Shown here in pieces: positions 12,809-28,473 of a stretch of 64,000 nt of DNA. How positions within the stretch are numbered: the stretch's first letter is position 1; every line of letters begins with the position of its first letter. Below the pieces are notes generated by a model that saw only the letters and a list, made by a program, of their open reading frames with translations, was not told where the DNA came from and did not search any database. A program made the position numbers and the translations under genes. This DNA is from Octopus vulgaris (lineage: Eukaryota): contig OX597816.1 in assembly GCA_951406725.2 (NCBI GenBank), positions 45,322,001 through 45,386,000 of the forward strand, read 5' to 3'.

Positions 12809-14329
12809 ATATAACTATTTTGGTACCTCTCTGTTTGCAATGCCACTGGACACATAAGTCCCATGTGGAAAGTTATATAATATTTGCAGTTTTAAATATT
12901 ATTTATCAGACTTGCATCAAAAGATGCACTTTTCTATTGTGCATCTGTCAAGCATTATATGTTGCTTGTTGCTTATATAAAAAGCACCCAGTACACTCAG
13001 TAAAGTGGTTGGCATTAAGAGAGGTATCCAGCCATAGAAACCATGCCAAAATGGACAACGGGAGACTGGTGAAGACCTCCAGTTTACCAGCACTTGTCAA
13101 GCCATCCAACCACCAATACCAGAATGGAAAATGAACATTAAATGATGATATATATTATCTCTCTCTCTCTCTCTCTCTCTCATACGTATGTATGTCTGTG
13201 TGCGTTTATGTATGCATGTGTATGTATGTATTTGTATGTGTGTATGTATGTATTTACACGTAAATGTACCCTTGTTTTGTCATAACGTGATGGTTCTAAA
13301 TAAGCATCACCATCATGCAAATGGTGTTGTTTGTTTCCAGTCATCTGGCCATAGGAAATATCAGTTTCCTTGGAAACGGATGAAGGTTAATGACAGGAAG
13401 AGCATCGAGCCATAGAGAAAAAGTGTGTCACAATAAAATTTAGTCTGACCCATGCAAGCAATGGAAAAGTGGATGTTAAATGATGATGATGATGATGGAA
13501 GATAATGATGATGGCGACGATGATATAAACTTGGTAAAGGAGAAATTAAGTGTTGTGCACAAGAAAGGAAGCTGCATTTCAGGTGGCATCCTCACATTTA
13601 AGGACTCTCAGATTAAGAGAATTGACTAAATTGAATTAATGTACCAGCACATTTGTTTATTCTTCTTGCCATGAAATAGTCAGAGAGCCATATTCTCTCA
13701 GGAATTCAAGTAGAGATTTTGCTTGACTTCACCAACATGTTGTTCCTAGAACAAATACCCCTTTTATAGAACCAGAGACAATAGCACTGTAGATTTCTGC
13801 TTCAGAAATAATGAGGAATTCATCCATAATGTGAAGGTGATACCTAGATTCTTCTGTCAACACAACACAGTATAATCAACAATGTATGCTCAAAAGGAGA
13901 TCATAACTCAGTACATCACACAGATCATTCTAATCTTATTCAATGTAAAATTCTACAAGGCTCAGTGGAAATTTATTAACAGTGGAAATTTATAATTTAA
14001 TTAAGCTTAACTTGTTCATAATTCCTTGAATTTGTAAGCTGGTTTTGCCCCCTTTTTTTCATGAGATGGACAGGAAAAGGATTTTATGTAAACAGGCATG
14101 GCGGTGTTATCAAGAAGATTGCTTCATAACCATGTAGTCCCAGGTTCGATTCCTACTGTAGGGCACCTTGGGCAAGTGCTCCCCCTTTAGCCCTAGGCTG
14201 ACCAAAGCCTTGTCAGAGGATTTGGTAGATGGAAACTGGAAGAAACACATTGCACACACACACACATGTATAAATTAGCAAATGAAATGTGTAATGGTGA
14301 ATAAATAATCTTTTCTACTCTAGGCACAA

Positions 14330-14445
14330 GACAGGTGGTGTAGAAAACAAACAGATTTATTAGTATAACACTCAGGAATTGAAAGAGTCTTTTACGTTTC
14401 AAGCCTATGCTCTTCCACAGAAAGAAACAAGGAGAGAAACAGGGA
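14330..14445 (-). mobile_element. Short Penelope-like element fragment with CUGUGGA hammerhead-like motif
   Basis: Homologous to 60752-60943 and abuts (TA)n. Confidence 0.55.
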
Positions 14446-14825
14446 TATATATATATATATATATAGTGTACCAGTGTAGCATTTTATTATTGGTGGGATC
14501 AACAAAAAAGTACTCCATCCGCAAAAGATAAATATCATTTAAGGTATATACATATATGTTTGTGTATGTATGTAGAGAGATAGACAGACAGATGTGTGTG
14601 TGTGTGTGTGTGTCTGTGTGTACAACAGGATTCCACACAGTTTCCATCTGCCAACTTCACTCACGATGCGTTAGCTGACCCAGAGCTAGAGTAGAAGACA
14701 CTTGCCTAAGATGATGGACAGAAGGACTGAACCCAAAACCATATGGTTGCAAAGCAAGCTTCTTAACCACACAGCCATGCCTGCACCTGTTATGTTAATG
14801 TGCACTGAACTACAGATTTCTATTC

Positions 14826-15075
14826 ATCATATCATCATCATCATCATCATCATTTAACGTCCATTTTCCATGCTGGCATGGGTCGGATGGTCTGACTGGG
14901 GACTGGCAAGCCAGGAGGCTGCACCAGGCTCCAGTCTGATCTGGCAATGTTCCTACAGCGGGATGCCCTTCCTAATGCCAACCACTTTTTACATGCCACT
15001 GACATGGGAGCCAGTAATGCAGCACTGGCATCGGCCACATTCGAATGGTGCTTTTTACATGCCAACGGCACAGGC
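14826..15075 (-). mobile_element. RTE LINE 3'UTR copy
   Basis: (CAT)n followed by ttaacgtccattttccatgctggcatggg... Confidence 0.75.
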
Positions 15076-15667
15076 TTATTGTATACAATTTCTTTTCCCT
15101 GTCCTCAATCACTATGTCTGGTCTGCTGTGTTAACATTTTACAGAGGGTTTTTGTTACAAGATCATTCCACCAGCATTTTTTAATATTATGGTTGAGAAC
15201 ACTTTCCATATCATTGCAGCTTCTTATTATATGTCAGTCTTCAGAACTATCCTTTCTACTAATTGCTTTGTGTAATGTTTTGGACTATACATCATTCTTC
15301 AAAAGCAAATACCAAAAGGGTATTTCCAGGCAGCTTCTTATGAGGTGGGTAACATCTTTGATGTTAATTCTATAGTCAGCATCAATTGTCCAACCTGTAT
15401 TTCTTTCCCTTTTGTACGTTAGGTATTTTATCTTATTTCCTGTTCCAGGATTGTAAAAGATTTCTCTTCAAAGTGAGAACTAAAATAGCAGTTCTTGGTC
15501 CAAGACAGGCTACTCTGGTTATTAACATAAAGCTTTCATACAATGTAACCATGCATAAATTTCCATTGATATGCTCAAAACCTTTCTTCAGATGTTTTAT
15601 GTATGTTTATGTAAATGAGAGAAGAGAGATTAAATTAGCTAGCAGGCAAAAGTTGAGAGTTCCAATT

Positions 15668-16090
15668 TACTCTTTTACTCTCTTTTACTTGTTTCAGTCA
15701 TTTGACTGTGGCCATGCTGGAGCACTGCCTTTAGTCGAGCAAATCGACTCCAGGACTTATTCTTTGTAAGCCTAGTACTTATTTTATTGGTCTCTTTTGC
15801 AGAACCGTTAAGTTATGGGGACGTAAACGCACCAGCATCGGTTGTCAAGCGATGTTGTGGGGACAAACACAGACACACAAACATATACACACACATACAC
15901 ATATATATATATATATACATATATACGATGGGCTTCTTTCAGTTTCCGTCTACCAAATCCACTCACAAGCTTTGGTCGGCCTGAGACTATAGTAGAAGAC
16001 ACTTTCCCAAGGTACCATGCAGTGGGACTGAACCCGGAACCATGTGATTCATAAGCAAGCTACATACCACACAGCCACCCCTACACCTAT
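15668..16090 (-). mobile_element. SINE family B, full length
   Basis: Reverse complement of the family-B consensus. Confidence 0.85.
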
Positions 16091-16560
16091 CTATCTATGA
16101 ATCTTATAACAAGCTTTGTTTCTTTCAGTATTGAGTCTTCTCATCAGTAAATGTTCCATTTGTATTCTTCAACTTAATTTAACATTTATACAAGTAACTT
16201 CTCTACAAGAACTTGCTCTGCCTCATCCCCACCTCCACTTCTCTAATACTTTAACCCTTCGTCTACTCACATAAAGCTGTTTCCTCACTTGGGGTTTGTA
16301 GCCTGTGGAGCTGTATGGTGACCTCAATAGAGTTGGTAGCATGAAAAAAGCACCCAGTACACACTGTAAAGTGGTTTAGCATTGGGAAGGGCATCCTAAC
16401 GTCCTTGTGTCCATCAGACCCTGTCAAAACATCCAAACCCTGTCAGCATGGAACATGGACATTAAATGATTATGGTGATGGTGATGATGATGATGATGAC
16501 GATGATGATGAATTTAACATTTGTGTGTGTGTGTGTGTGTGCATGCATACTTGTGAGAGA

Positions 16561-16607
<47 letters not shown>

Positions 16608-17255
16608 TGAGAGAGTGAGAGTATCACCTGGAAAGAGGTATTATTAATAATACTATATTAGCTGTATCCCTTTTCCCCTTTTTCTAGTTCCTAAGAAACT
16701 TATCTGTAAATAGGGACCAGTGTAATTTTTATTGCCAATATTGACCAACTGATGCCAGCATGGATATCAAATGATGATGATGATATCTGCTATGAAATGA
16801 AAACAGACACAATATATGAAAGAGCTGTTGATGGTGAAGAGGTTGCAAGAGATGCAACCAGTGCGTAACTATGGCACCAGCTGTCTAATTAACCTAACCA
16901 ACTAGTTGTTGCTTTTCACAAACAGGTGATTTGTACTTTTACACATTATTAACCTATCTTTCATGCTTAAATGACCGATGAGGGAGTCCCTGTAAAGCCC
17001 ATGTTCATTTGACATACTGGAATTAGCAGCCAAATTTCTCTCAAATTATGCCCTCCCGACCATCATTATCGCAAGCAACTAAAAAATGGGATATATTTGA
17101 TACCTTAGTCCTAGATATGTAAAGCTTGAGATAAATGGAACCATCTGATCATAGATCTGCTCATTTTGAACTGACCTGTGGTTAAATAACACTAAGAATT
17201 AGTGGTCCTTTTTATTTTGCTTTTTGTTTTCTCCCTTCTTTAGTTGGGTTTAGTT

Positions 17256-17480
17256 CTTATTTCTTTATTGCCCACAAGGGGCTAAACATAGAGGGGACAA
17301 ACAAGGACAGACAAACGGATTAAGTTGATTATACCAGTGCGTAACTGGTACTTAATTTATCGACCCCAAAAGGATGAAAGGCAAAGTCGACCTCAGCAGA
17401 ATTTGAACTCAGAACGTAACGGCAGACGAAATACCGCTAAGAATTTCGCCTGGCATGCTAACGTTTCTGCCAGCTCGCCA
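17256..17480 (-). mobile_element. tRNA-derived SINE family C
   Basis: Reverse complement: ggcgagctggcagaaacgttagc (A-box), gagttcaaattc (B-box), then gtcgactttgcctttcatcc and taagtaccagt. Confidence 0.8.
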
Positions 17481-17808
17481 CCTCACTTCTTAAGCCATGC
17501 CTGGACACAACTATCAGTTTTTATTTGTTTGTTTGTTCTAATTCTTTGGCTCATATTTTAGCCAACAGAGTCAGCATATAAAATGCTCATGTTTCCTTTA
17601 ATGTTCTTTTATTTGATTCAGTCGTTGGACAGTGGCCATGCTGAGGCACTGCCTTGAAGGGTTCTATTTGAACAGATCAATCTCAGTATCTATTTTTAAA
17701 TCTGATATTTATTCTATCAGTTCTTTTGTTAAACTGCTTAATTACGGGGATGTAAATAAATCAATACCAGTTGCCAAGTGGTGGGAGGACAAACACTAAC
17801 ACAAAAAC

Positions 17809-17861
<53 letters not shown>

Positions 17862-17868
17862 TAGATAA

Positions 17869-17911
<43 letters not shown>

Positions 17912-17912
<1 letters not shown>

Positions 17913-18575
17913 GTGCAGATGTGGCTGTGTGGTAAGAAATAGTGAGTTGACAGAAACGTTAGCACGCTGGGTGAAATACTTAGTGGTATTTCATCTGCCA
18001 TTACGTTCTGAGTTCAAATTCCGCCGAGGTCGACTTTGCCTTTCATCCTTTCGGTGTCGATTAAATAAGCACCAGTTACGCACGGGGGTTGATATAATCA
18101 ACTTAATCCATTTGTCTGTCCTTGTTTGTCCCCTCTGTGTTTAGCCCCTTGTGGGCAATACAGAAATAAGAAGCTTACTTCCCAACCACATGGTTCTGGG
18201 TTCAGTCCTACTGCATGACACCTTGAGCAAGTGTCTTCTACTATAGTCTCTGGCTGACCAAAGCCTTGTGAGTTGATTTGGCAGACGGAAACCGAAAGTA
18301 GCCCATTGTGTGTGTGTGTGTATATATATATGTATATATTTAAGAGTGTGTGTGTGTGTGTGTGTGTGTGCGAGTCATTGTTTGTCATCCTATCATCACT
18401 TGACAACCAGTGTTTGTGTGTTTATATCCCCATAACTTAGCAATTTGGCAAGAGACCAATAGAATAGACACTAGGCTTAAGAAATAAGTCTTGGGGTTGA
18501 TTTGTTTGATTAAAAAATCTTTTCGAGGCAGTGCTCCAGCATGGCTGCAGTCAAATGACTGAAACAAGTAAAAGA
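17912..18575 (+). mobile_element. SINE B interrupted in its head by a SINE C copy (about 17939-18166)
   Basis: The B head gtggctgtgtggtaagaa resumes as taagaagcttacttcccaacc after the insert, so TAAGAA is duplicated. Confidence 0.75.
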
Positions 18576-18904
18576 ATAATTATAATGAGCTTCCACACAG
18601 TTTCTGTCTACCAAATTCACTCACAAGGTATTGGTTGGGACTGAACCCAAAACTACATGGTTGTGAAGTGAGCTTCTTAACCACACAACCAGGCCTGGTC
18701 TATATTTATGGTGAATATCTTTTATATATTCCAGGGCTTAATTTTGTTTTTGTTATTTTTTTTGTTTGTTTTTTTTTCATTTTCAGTATCCCTAACTGTT
18801 GAACCAGCCAGTCTGTGAAAGCTGTTCGACTACTTTGGCGATGTTATCATCATCATCATTGTCATCATCATATGTATATATGTCTTTTCTATGTTTTAAT
18901 TATT

Positions 18905-19370
18905 ATAAATTTTCCACTCAGGTGGGAGCCGGTTTCCAACAAAGATACGAGGCTCCCATCTTTGGGATGTAATTAACACAGATTGCACTTGTAATGTATG
19001 AATCAGCCGGTCAATTTCTCTTCCTGAAAACCCGTTTATCCAGATTCTCCCTTAAGCATTTACTAACAAAACCTAGTGCTCCAATTATTATTGGTATGAA
19101 TATGAATTGTCTGGATATAGCAGCTGGAGGTTTCAAAGCAGTTGTCCACAGACAGCCTCTTTTCCTTTGATTTTCAAAGAGATATTTATATCTGCATGGC
19201 AGCTAACCGCTATGATAGTACATATATTTGCCCCTCTGTCCCAAACAACAATATCTGGCCTGTTATGTTTACATTTGCCAGAAGTTTTGATGAGAATATT
19301 CTACTAGTATTCCTTGAGTTTGTGTTCATTTCAGGACAGTCTTTTTTGCAGATGACATTGCAAATCGTTT
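18905..19370 (-). mobile_element. Non-LTR retrotransposon fragment with restriction-like endonuclease domain (R4/Dong/NeSL/CRE type)
   Basis: The minus strand reads CKHNRPDIVVWD...CTIIAVSCHADINI...LQLLYP...PIIIGALG, with stops and frameshifts. Confidence 0.75.
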
Positions 19371-19371
19371 T

Positions 19372-19402
<31 letters not shown>

Positions 19403-19431
19403 TACATACGTATGTATGTATGTATTTTAGT

Positions 19432-19756
19432 GAAGGTATGTGGCTGAGTGGTTAGTGTATTTGGCTCATAAATGTAAGGTCGTGAGTTCAAATCCCAGCT
19501 GCGCATTGTGTCTTTGAGTCAAGACACTTTACTTCACATTGTTCTAGTCCACTCAGCTGGCAAAAGTGACCTGTACCAGTAATTCAAAAGAGCCAGCCTC
19601 GTCACATTCTGTATTACACTGAATCTCCCTGAGAACTATGTTAAGAGTACGTGTGTCTGTGGAGTGCTTGGCCACTTGCACATTAACTTCAAGAGCAAGC
19701 TGTTCCCGTGATTAAATCAACTGGAACACTCATCATCATAACCAAAGGAGTGCCAG
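19432..19756 (+). mobile_element. tRNA-SINE, body X with tail Q
   Basis: A/B boxes tggctgagtgg and gagttcaaatccc. The body resembles 53697-53835 and the tail resembles 56245-56425. Confidence 0.75.
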
Positions 19757-19959
19757 TATAATATTTTTAATATGTTTAGTGTAGGATAGAGGATAAGGTA
19801 CATTTAAGGTAGCCTTTACAAGCACAAAGGGAAATTTTCATTACACTTCTTAGCATTTTTGGATGGCAGTTACATGACTGGGTGAAGGGAGATTCTGAAT
19901 GCTAGGATGTGACAAAGAAATTTTGCAGTAAAGAAGATCTATATGGGTATGAATGACAG

Positions 19960-21070
19960 GCCACTTGTTTGGAAAATGTAAGTCACTTTTAGATGAAAGA
20001 GAAGCCACTTATGTGGGAAAAAGAGGGCCACTGTGTGGAAAAGAGAGGTCACTGTGTATTGGAAAGTGCACCAACATATGTGGGAAAGAGACATCATTTG
20101 TGTGGGTAAGTGACATCGTTTGTGTGGGAAAGAGACATCATTTGTGTGAGGATGAGACATCATTTGTGTGGGAAAGAGATATCATTTGTGTGGGAGAGAT
20201 ATATCATTTGTGTGGGGGAGAGATATCATTTGTGTGGGAAAGAGATATCATTTGTGTGGGAGAGATATATCATTTGTGTGGGAAAGATATATCATTTGTG
20301 TGGGAAAGAGACATCATTTGTGTGGGTAAGTGACATCGTTTTTGTGGGAAAGAGACATCATTTGTGTGGGAACGAGACATCATTTATGTGGTAACGAGAC
20401 ATCATTTATGTGGGTAAGTGACATCATTTTTGTGGGTAAGTGACATTGCTTGTGTAGGAAAGAGACATCATTTGTGTGGGGAAGAGACATCATTTGTGTG
20501 AGAAAGAGATATCATTTGTGTGAGAAAGAGATATCATTTGTGTGGGAGAGAGATATTATTTGTGTGAGAAAGCAACATCATTTGGATGGGGATGCGAGGA
20601 CACTAGTTTAGATAAAAAGAACACTATGAGAAAGAGAGATCACTTGAGCAAGAAAAGAGAAATTACTTATGTGGGAGAGATAGGCCACTTATGCGGGAAA
20701 GAGAGGCCACTTGTGGAAGAAAGAGAGTCACATGTGAAAGAGAGGTTACTTGTGTGAGAAAGAGGGATGATTACTGTGGGAAAGAGAGGCCATTTGTAAG
20801 GGGAGGAGGAGGTCAGTTGTCCATGGAAGGAGAGGTGACTTGTGTAGAAAAGAGAAACCACTTTTGTGGGAAGGTGAGGTGACTTGTGTAAGAAAGTGAG
20901 ACACTTGTGCAAGAAAGAGAAGTTACTTATGTGGAAGACAAGGTCTCTTATGTGGAAAGAGAAACCATCTGTGAGGAAAAGAGGCCATTTGCATGGAAAG
21001 ACTAGGCCATTTATGTGTGAGAGAGAGGCCACTTGTTTGTGGAAGATCGGCCATTTGACTGATGAAGGCA
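19960..21070 (+). repeat. 21-23 bp minisatellite, unit tgtgtgggaaagagacatcatt
   Basis: Homogeneous core at about 20077-20565, with progressively diverged units on both sides. Confidence 0.9.
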
Positions 21071-22149
21071 TATCACTTGTACACAAATGTGTGTGCGATA
21101 GTTTTTTTTGAGTGTGAAATATAGGTCATCCGCATTGAAAAAAGTTCGCTTCTGTCTAAAGCGAAGGGCACACACGTAAGACAATGAAATAATTTTGTGG
21201 GAAATATAAATCCACTTGCTTGTAAAAGAGAGGTCATTTGTCAGTGAAGTTAAAGTGAACTGTATTTAAAAGTAAGGTTATCGTGATGTATAGGAAATGC
21301 TATTTCAGTGAGAAAATATTACACTATGTGCATAAAAGAAAAGCATGTATATGATATGAAAAGTTAAGATCATGTGTCAATGTGAGACACCTGTTTGCAA
21401 AATAAAGGCATGTGCATGACAGAGGGGATTGTCAAGAATGAGTTACCTGTAATCAAAAGGTTTGTGTACATATATACACACCATCTCTCTCCTTCCCTCT
21501 ATATATATATGTGTGTGCGTGTATGTGTGTATGTGTGTGTGTGTGTATGTGTGCATCTGTGTATGGATACATATTTATAAATGCATGTGATAATGATGTT
21601 GGTGGTGGTGAGGTCGTCATCGTTGTCGTCTTCGTCGTTGTGGTGGTGATTTGTAAATCTCACGTGAATGCTTTATTAAGGAACGTGTAAAAAGAGACTT
21701 ATGTCATGCAAAAGAGACGTTTCTTAAGTATGAAGGAGGAAGTCGATTTTGTTTTTTCTTATGTTTGGTTTTCCTGCATGTGAATGTAGAAATGTTAAGA
21801 ACAAAAATGAAATGAAACAATTGCAAAATGTGGGTGTCAAACACGAGGTTCAGCATTGTAAAGTTCTTTCAGAAACCGAGGGTGGAATATAAGAAGCAGA
21901 AAAGAAAAGAAAAAAAGAGAATTAATGTTTAAAAAGAAAAAAAAAAAAGGTAACAAGACAGAAGAAGAAAATATATAGAATTGGGGAAAATAAAAGTGGG
22001 CACTTTTCTAGTGTGGAAACAGCATTGATTCAGGAAACAGATGGGTGTAAACAACAGTTAGAGAAAAATAAAATAAACGATAATAAAGGAAAATGGAAGA
22101 CCAAGCTGCACTGCTGTAGCCATAGTGATGTTGGTACTTAGTGTTGCTG

Positions 22150-23435
<1,286 letters not shown>

Positions 23436-23486
23436 ACCAGGTAAAAATGAAATCAAAAGATACAAAAAGAAATGGAAAGAATTAGA

Positions 23487-23521
<35 letters not shown>

Positions 23522-24319
23522 TATATAAAAGTGTCAGAATATACACACAAATACATACATATAGACACTCATATACATGTGTGTGTGTGACAGTCCAGCC
23601 TACCTTTACTAAGAACTGAATAAATAACAAGGAAATTCCATTTACAATCAAAAGAAATAAAATTTATTTTTTATATTTTGAAAGTAGTTTATTCAACAGA
23701 ATAGTGTGTGTGTGTGTGTGTGTGTGTGTAAATGTGTTTGCATACATACATTTGCAGACATACGTACACAGGCATATATAAGTATATATACATATCTACA
23801 TATACACTCACACATAACTGCTTAACATGTACGCATATATTTGTTCACATATACATACATTTGTAAACACACACACGGAAATATAAAAGGTGTACTGTGT
23901 GAGCTAGAAAGGCATGTAATATAAATAAAAGTGAGAATACATGGGAGAGTTTAAAGGAAAAGGTGAAATGGACATGGAAAAACCTCTCAGTAGCTACAGG
24001 GTATAGAATCAGTGCAGTTTTGACATGATTAATTCCACAGCACTACTCTTCTAAACATGCTGTTGGATAATAAACATCAATGCCATGATGGACGTTATAT
24101 GACTTAAAATATGGAGGACAACTTAGTGATGTGTAAACAAATAGATATTTTCACCTATAGACTCAATATGTACTCGATATTGTGGGAAATTCTCTCCACA
24201 TGACATGGCAAGGGGAACAACAACAGCTATACTGTATGTGCAGTGGAATAACATTGTATAATAATTGCATGCTTTTGTAGCATGATGACCTTAATTTTAT
24301 ATGCAGCAAGTAAACAATA

Positions 24320-24610
24320 TCATCATCATCATCATCATCATCATTTAGCGTCCGTTTTCCATGCTAGCATGGGTTGGACGGTTCTGCTGGGGTCTGTGAA
24401 GCCAGAAGGCTTCATCAGGCCCAGTCAAATCTGGCAGTGTTTCTACGGCTGGATGCCCTTCCTAACGCCAACCACTCCGTGAGTGTAGTGGGTGCTTTTT
24501 ACGTGCCACCCGCACTGGTGCCAGCCAGAGCTGGCAAACGGCCACGAACGGATGGTGCTTTTTATGTGCCACCGGCACGAGGGCCAGGCAAGGCTGGCAA
24601 CGAACACAAT
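24320..24610 (-). mobile_element. RTE LINE 3'UTR copy (same subfamily as 33115-33572)
   Basis: (CAT)n tail with the shared diagnostic ttagcgtccg, gccagagctggcaaacggccacgaacggatgg. Confidence 0.8.
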
Positions 24611-24672
24611 ATCTGGGCACAAATAAACACACACATATATATGTGTATGTACAATAACACACATACACACAC

Positions 24673-25126
24673 AGATAGATAGATAGATAGATAGATAGAT
24701 AGGTAGTTAGGTAGGTAGGTAGATAGGTAGGTAGGTAGTTAGGTAGGTAGGTAGATAGATAAATAGATAGGTAGGTAGGTAGGTACATACGTAAGTACAT
24801 AGGCAGGTAGATAGATAAATAGATAGGTAGGTAGGTAGGTATATACGTAAGTACATAGGCAGGTAGATAGATAAATAGATTGGTAGGTAGGTAGGTACAT
24901 ACGTACGTAAGTAGGTACATACATACGTAGGTAGGTACATACGTATGTAGGTAGGTATGTAGATAGGTAGGTACATAGATAGGTAGGTAGGTACGTAGGA
25001 GGTAGGTAGGTAGACAGATAGATAGATAGATAGATAGGTAGGTAGGTACATACATACATAGGTAAGTAGACAGATAGGTACGTACATACGTGGGTAGGTA
25101 GGTAGGTAGGTAGGTAGGTAGATAGG

Positions 25127-25213
<87 letters not shown>
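24673..25213. repeat. Compound (TAGA/TAGG/TACA/TACG)n microsatellite
   Basis: Direct reading. It is the source of the YLSI/YLPT ORFs. Confidence 0.95.
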
Positions 25214-25493
25214 TGTCCATAAATTAATTTTACAATTTGAAACATTCAGTAAAAAAATGAAAGATAAGGATAACTGAGCAGAGTTTATTGGAAATGATAG
25301 TTAAATAAATAAAGTTTTATTAGAAACATTAGAACACTTCCATGTGTTTTGATGTTTCTAATAAAAGTTGATTGATAGATCTCAATTATAATAGACAAAA
25401 ATTTAATAGATAAAATAAATTGTGGCAACTTGTAAAGATAATCTAAGAGCACCCTGCATACATATGTATATATATATGTGTGTGTGTGTGTGC

Positions 25494-25525
<32 letters not shown>

Positions 25526-25885
25526 GTATATATATATATGTATATATATGAAGCCTACAGAAGAGCTGACAAACTTTATAGTGTGTTTTATTTAAAAGTT
25601 TTGTATGTGTTATCTTTCTTTATTCTTTGTATTGTATTTTTCTCAATGGATAATGGATGTTAAATGAAGATGATGATGTATTATATATATGCAGTGCTTT
25701 CATTCCCAATACTTTCAACTTCATTTACATTAGATAAAGTTAATTCCAGCTATGGTTTCATTCTTGTAACATGGTACCACAGCCAAATGTATTCTAGGGA
25801 TGACCAACCACTTCTGAGTGAAATTGGTTGACAGAAACTGTATAGAAGCCTGTTATATATTACATGTATGTGAGTGTGTGCGTGC

Positions 25886-25927
<42 letters not shown>

Positions 25928-25954
25928 CCTGTTGCTAGCCCTTTCAATTAGTTT

Positions 25955-25995
<41 letters not shown>

Positions 25996-26109
25996 CTCAA
26001 AATGTAAAAGACTTTCCCATTTTTCCTGAGCGTCAAACTAATACACTTGCTTGTTGTTCCTACACCTGTCTTCATCTTTTGTTTTTCTATAAATTTTATA
26101 TATATATAT

Positions 26110-26385
26110 TTTCATGGCTCGGCTTCGCGAACGAAGATCAGGAAGGCTGTCCACGTCGCGTGCTTGCACGCTCATGACTGACAAGTCCTATATGGGAAAG
26201 GCAGGTCTGTGAGCAGTGTCCACAGACGAAGGTAACATCCAGTGTGGTGTCAGAGGTGGCCAGCGCCTTCCTCCTGCATCTCTTGTCTTTAAGCGCTTCT
26301 CCTCTTTGCTCCTCAAACTTGCTGACTGTGTTGAAGATCGTGTGGCGCCAGACATCACGGTTCGCAGCCAGGTCTGACCAGCATT
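26110..26385 (-). mobile_element. RTE/BovB-like LINE extreme 3' end
   Basis: The minus strand encodes the C-terminal zinc knuckle FVCGHCSQTCLSHIGLVSHERA. Confidence 0.7.
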
Positions 26386-26685
26386 GGTGGTTAATTTTAT
26401 TTATTAAGTTTTATTTATCACACTGATCATTTTGACACATCCTGCACCTCTCCCTTATGGGTAGGAAAACTATACAATGAATTCCAATGAACCCCGCAAT
26501 GTAGAAGCAGGTTATATAACTTCGTTTCTTGTTACATAAGTGATGTTTCACTTTTCAGCTTAACTAGAACATGTTGATAATAGTCATATCTAAAATACAT
26601 TGCAGAGGAATAGCAAGGAATAGATTAAGTTGCTAGACTGGGGATACACACACACACAAACACACACACGCACATTATATATGTA

Positions 26686-28350
26686 ATCATCATCATCATC
26701 ATCATTTAACATCCGCTGTCCATGCTGGTATGAGTTGGATGGTTTGACCAGGGCTGGTAAGCTGGAAGGCTGCACCAGACTCCAGTCTGATTTGGCATGG
26801 TTTTCTACAGCTGGATTCCCTTCCTAATGCCAACCACTCTGAGAGAATAATGGGTGCTTTTACGTTCCACAGGTACGGGTGCCATTTGTGTGACACCAGT
26901 ATCTGCCATGACTGGGATTTTGCTCAGCTTGATGGGTCTCCTTCTCAAGCATGACATAATGCCAAAGATCTTGGTCATTGCCTCCGTGAGGCTCAAAACT
27001 TGAAAGGAACTCAACCACTTTGCCTCCGTGAGGCCCAACATTTGAAAAGGATTGAGCCACTTAGCCCAACACTCAAAAGGCGCTCTTTATGTGCCACAAG
27101 CCTTCCTATTTGCTAAGACAGTTCTAGACCTTGCTTCCATACCTGGAACTTCTCTAGTTCTGGTAGTGATTCAGCAATAAGAACAAGATCATCAGCATAA
27201 AGGAGCTCTGTTATTGCCTGGCAGACTATGTTGAGGAAGAGGGGGATGAGTTCCAATCCTTGGTGAACTCCTATTTGTACCCTGAATTCTTCGCTGTACT
27301 CATTGCCAACCTTCACCTTACTGGTAGCATCCCTGTACATAGCTTGTACATCTCTCACCAACCACTTGTCTATCCTAGTTTCTGCATTGACGACTAGATA
27401 AGGGGTCAGGGGACCGTATCGAAGGCTTTCTCCAAGTCAATAAAGGCCAAGTACAGAGATTTATCTTTGGCTATGTATTTCTCCTGCAGCTGTCTTACCA
27501 GAAATATAGCACCAGTGGTGCTTCTACCTGGCACAAAACCAGACAGCATCTTGTCTAGGCTAACTCTCTCCCTAATTAGTTGGGCTATGACTCTCTCCAT
27601 AACTTTTATCATCTGATCCAATTTGATACCTCTGTAATTATTTCTATCCAAAGCATCACCTTCACCTTTGTAGCAACTGACTTTGGTGCTGCTACACTAG
27701 TCATTGGGTATGTCTCCTTTGTGATTTACACTATGGGTGGCTAGACCATTACCTACGAGATATTTTAAGCACCTCAGCAGTGATTCCTGATGGGCTGGGA
27801 GGTTTCCCTGTCTTCATATCCTTAATTGCTTTATCCACCAAGGAAATGTCAATTTAGATAGCTGATCCCTCAATTGGGCCAACATTTAGCAGACTCTCCT
27901 CTTCCCATTCATTCTCTATGTTCAGCAGTCTTTCATAATGGCATTTCCAATCTTCTTTCTTTGCAACATCATTAAATGCAAGAAAACCATCATCCATGCA
28001 GACACATTTTTCTCCTATGACATCACAATTTTCTCTCACACACTGCCTTACAATACAAAACACTTCAGTTCTTTGGTCTTCACATTACTGAGAATGGGCA
28101 AACTTCTTTTCTGCTTCTCCCTTGGCTAGATATTCCTGTCTCCTAACTTCCCCTCTGACTATCTGATACAGTTTCCTGCTACCCCCACTATTTCAGGATA
28201 TCCAAGCCTGTTTTTTGCTCTAATGGCCCTGTCTACAGCATCATTCTGCCACCACATTACCCTTGGTCTAGATGGGACTTCACACCAGCCGCAGATTTGG
28301 CTTGTGCCCCTCAGTAAGCTGTCCAGTAGGAATTCCCAGTTGTCTTCTAT
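26686..28350 (-). mobile_element. Degenerate RTE LINE: reverse-transcriptase fragments plus 3'UTR
   Basis: The ORF track shows NYRGIKL, GFVPGRSTTGAIF, AFIDLEKAFD, GVHQG and LLYADDLVL, joined to the (CAT)n-tailed 3'UTR. Confidence 0.9.
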
Positions 28351-28473
28351 GTCACAAGTCTGGGGTGGCTTATTCACAATTTTAAAACCAAAAAGCAGAA
28401 ATATATATGTCATTAAAGTGACTAAGGGCATTAATCAGCACTAGTATTGCTAGAAATAAGACTCTTATTTCTA

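Noticed and set aside
20077-20565. CRISPR-like regularly spaced repeats
   Set aside because: The units are directly tandem with no unique spacers, the context is eukaryotic and there are no cas genes.
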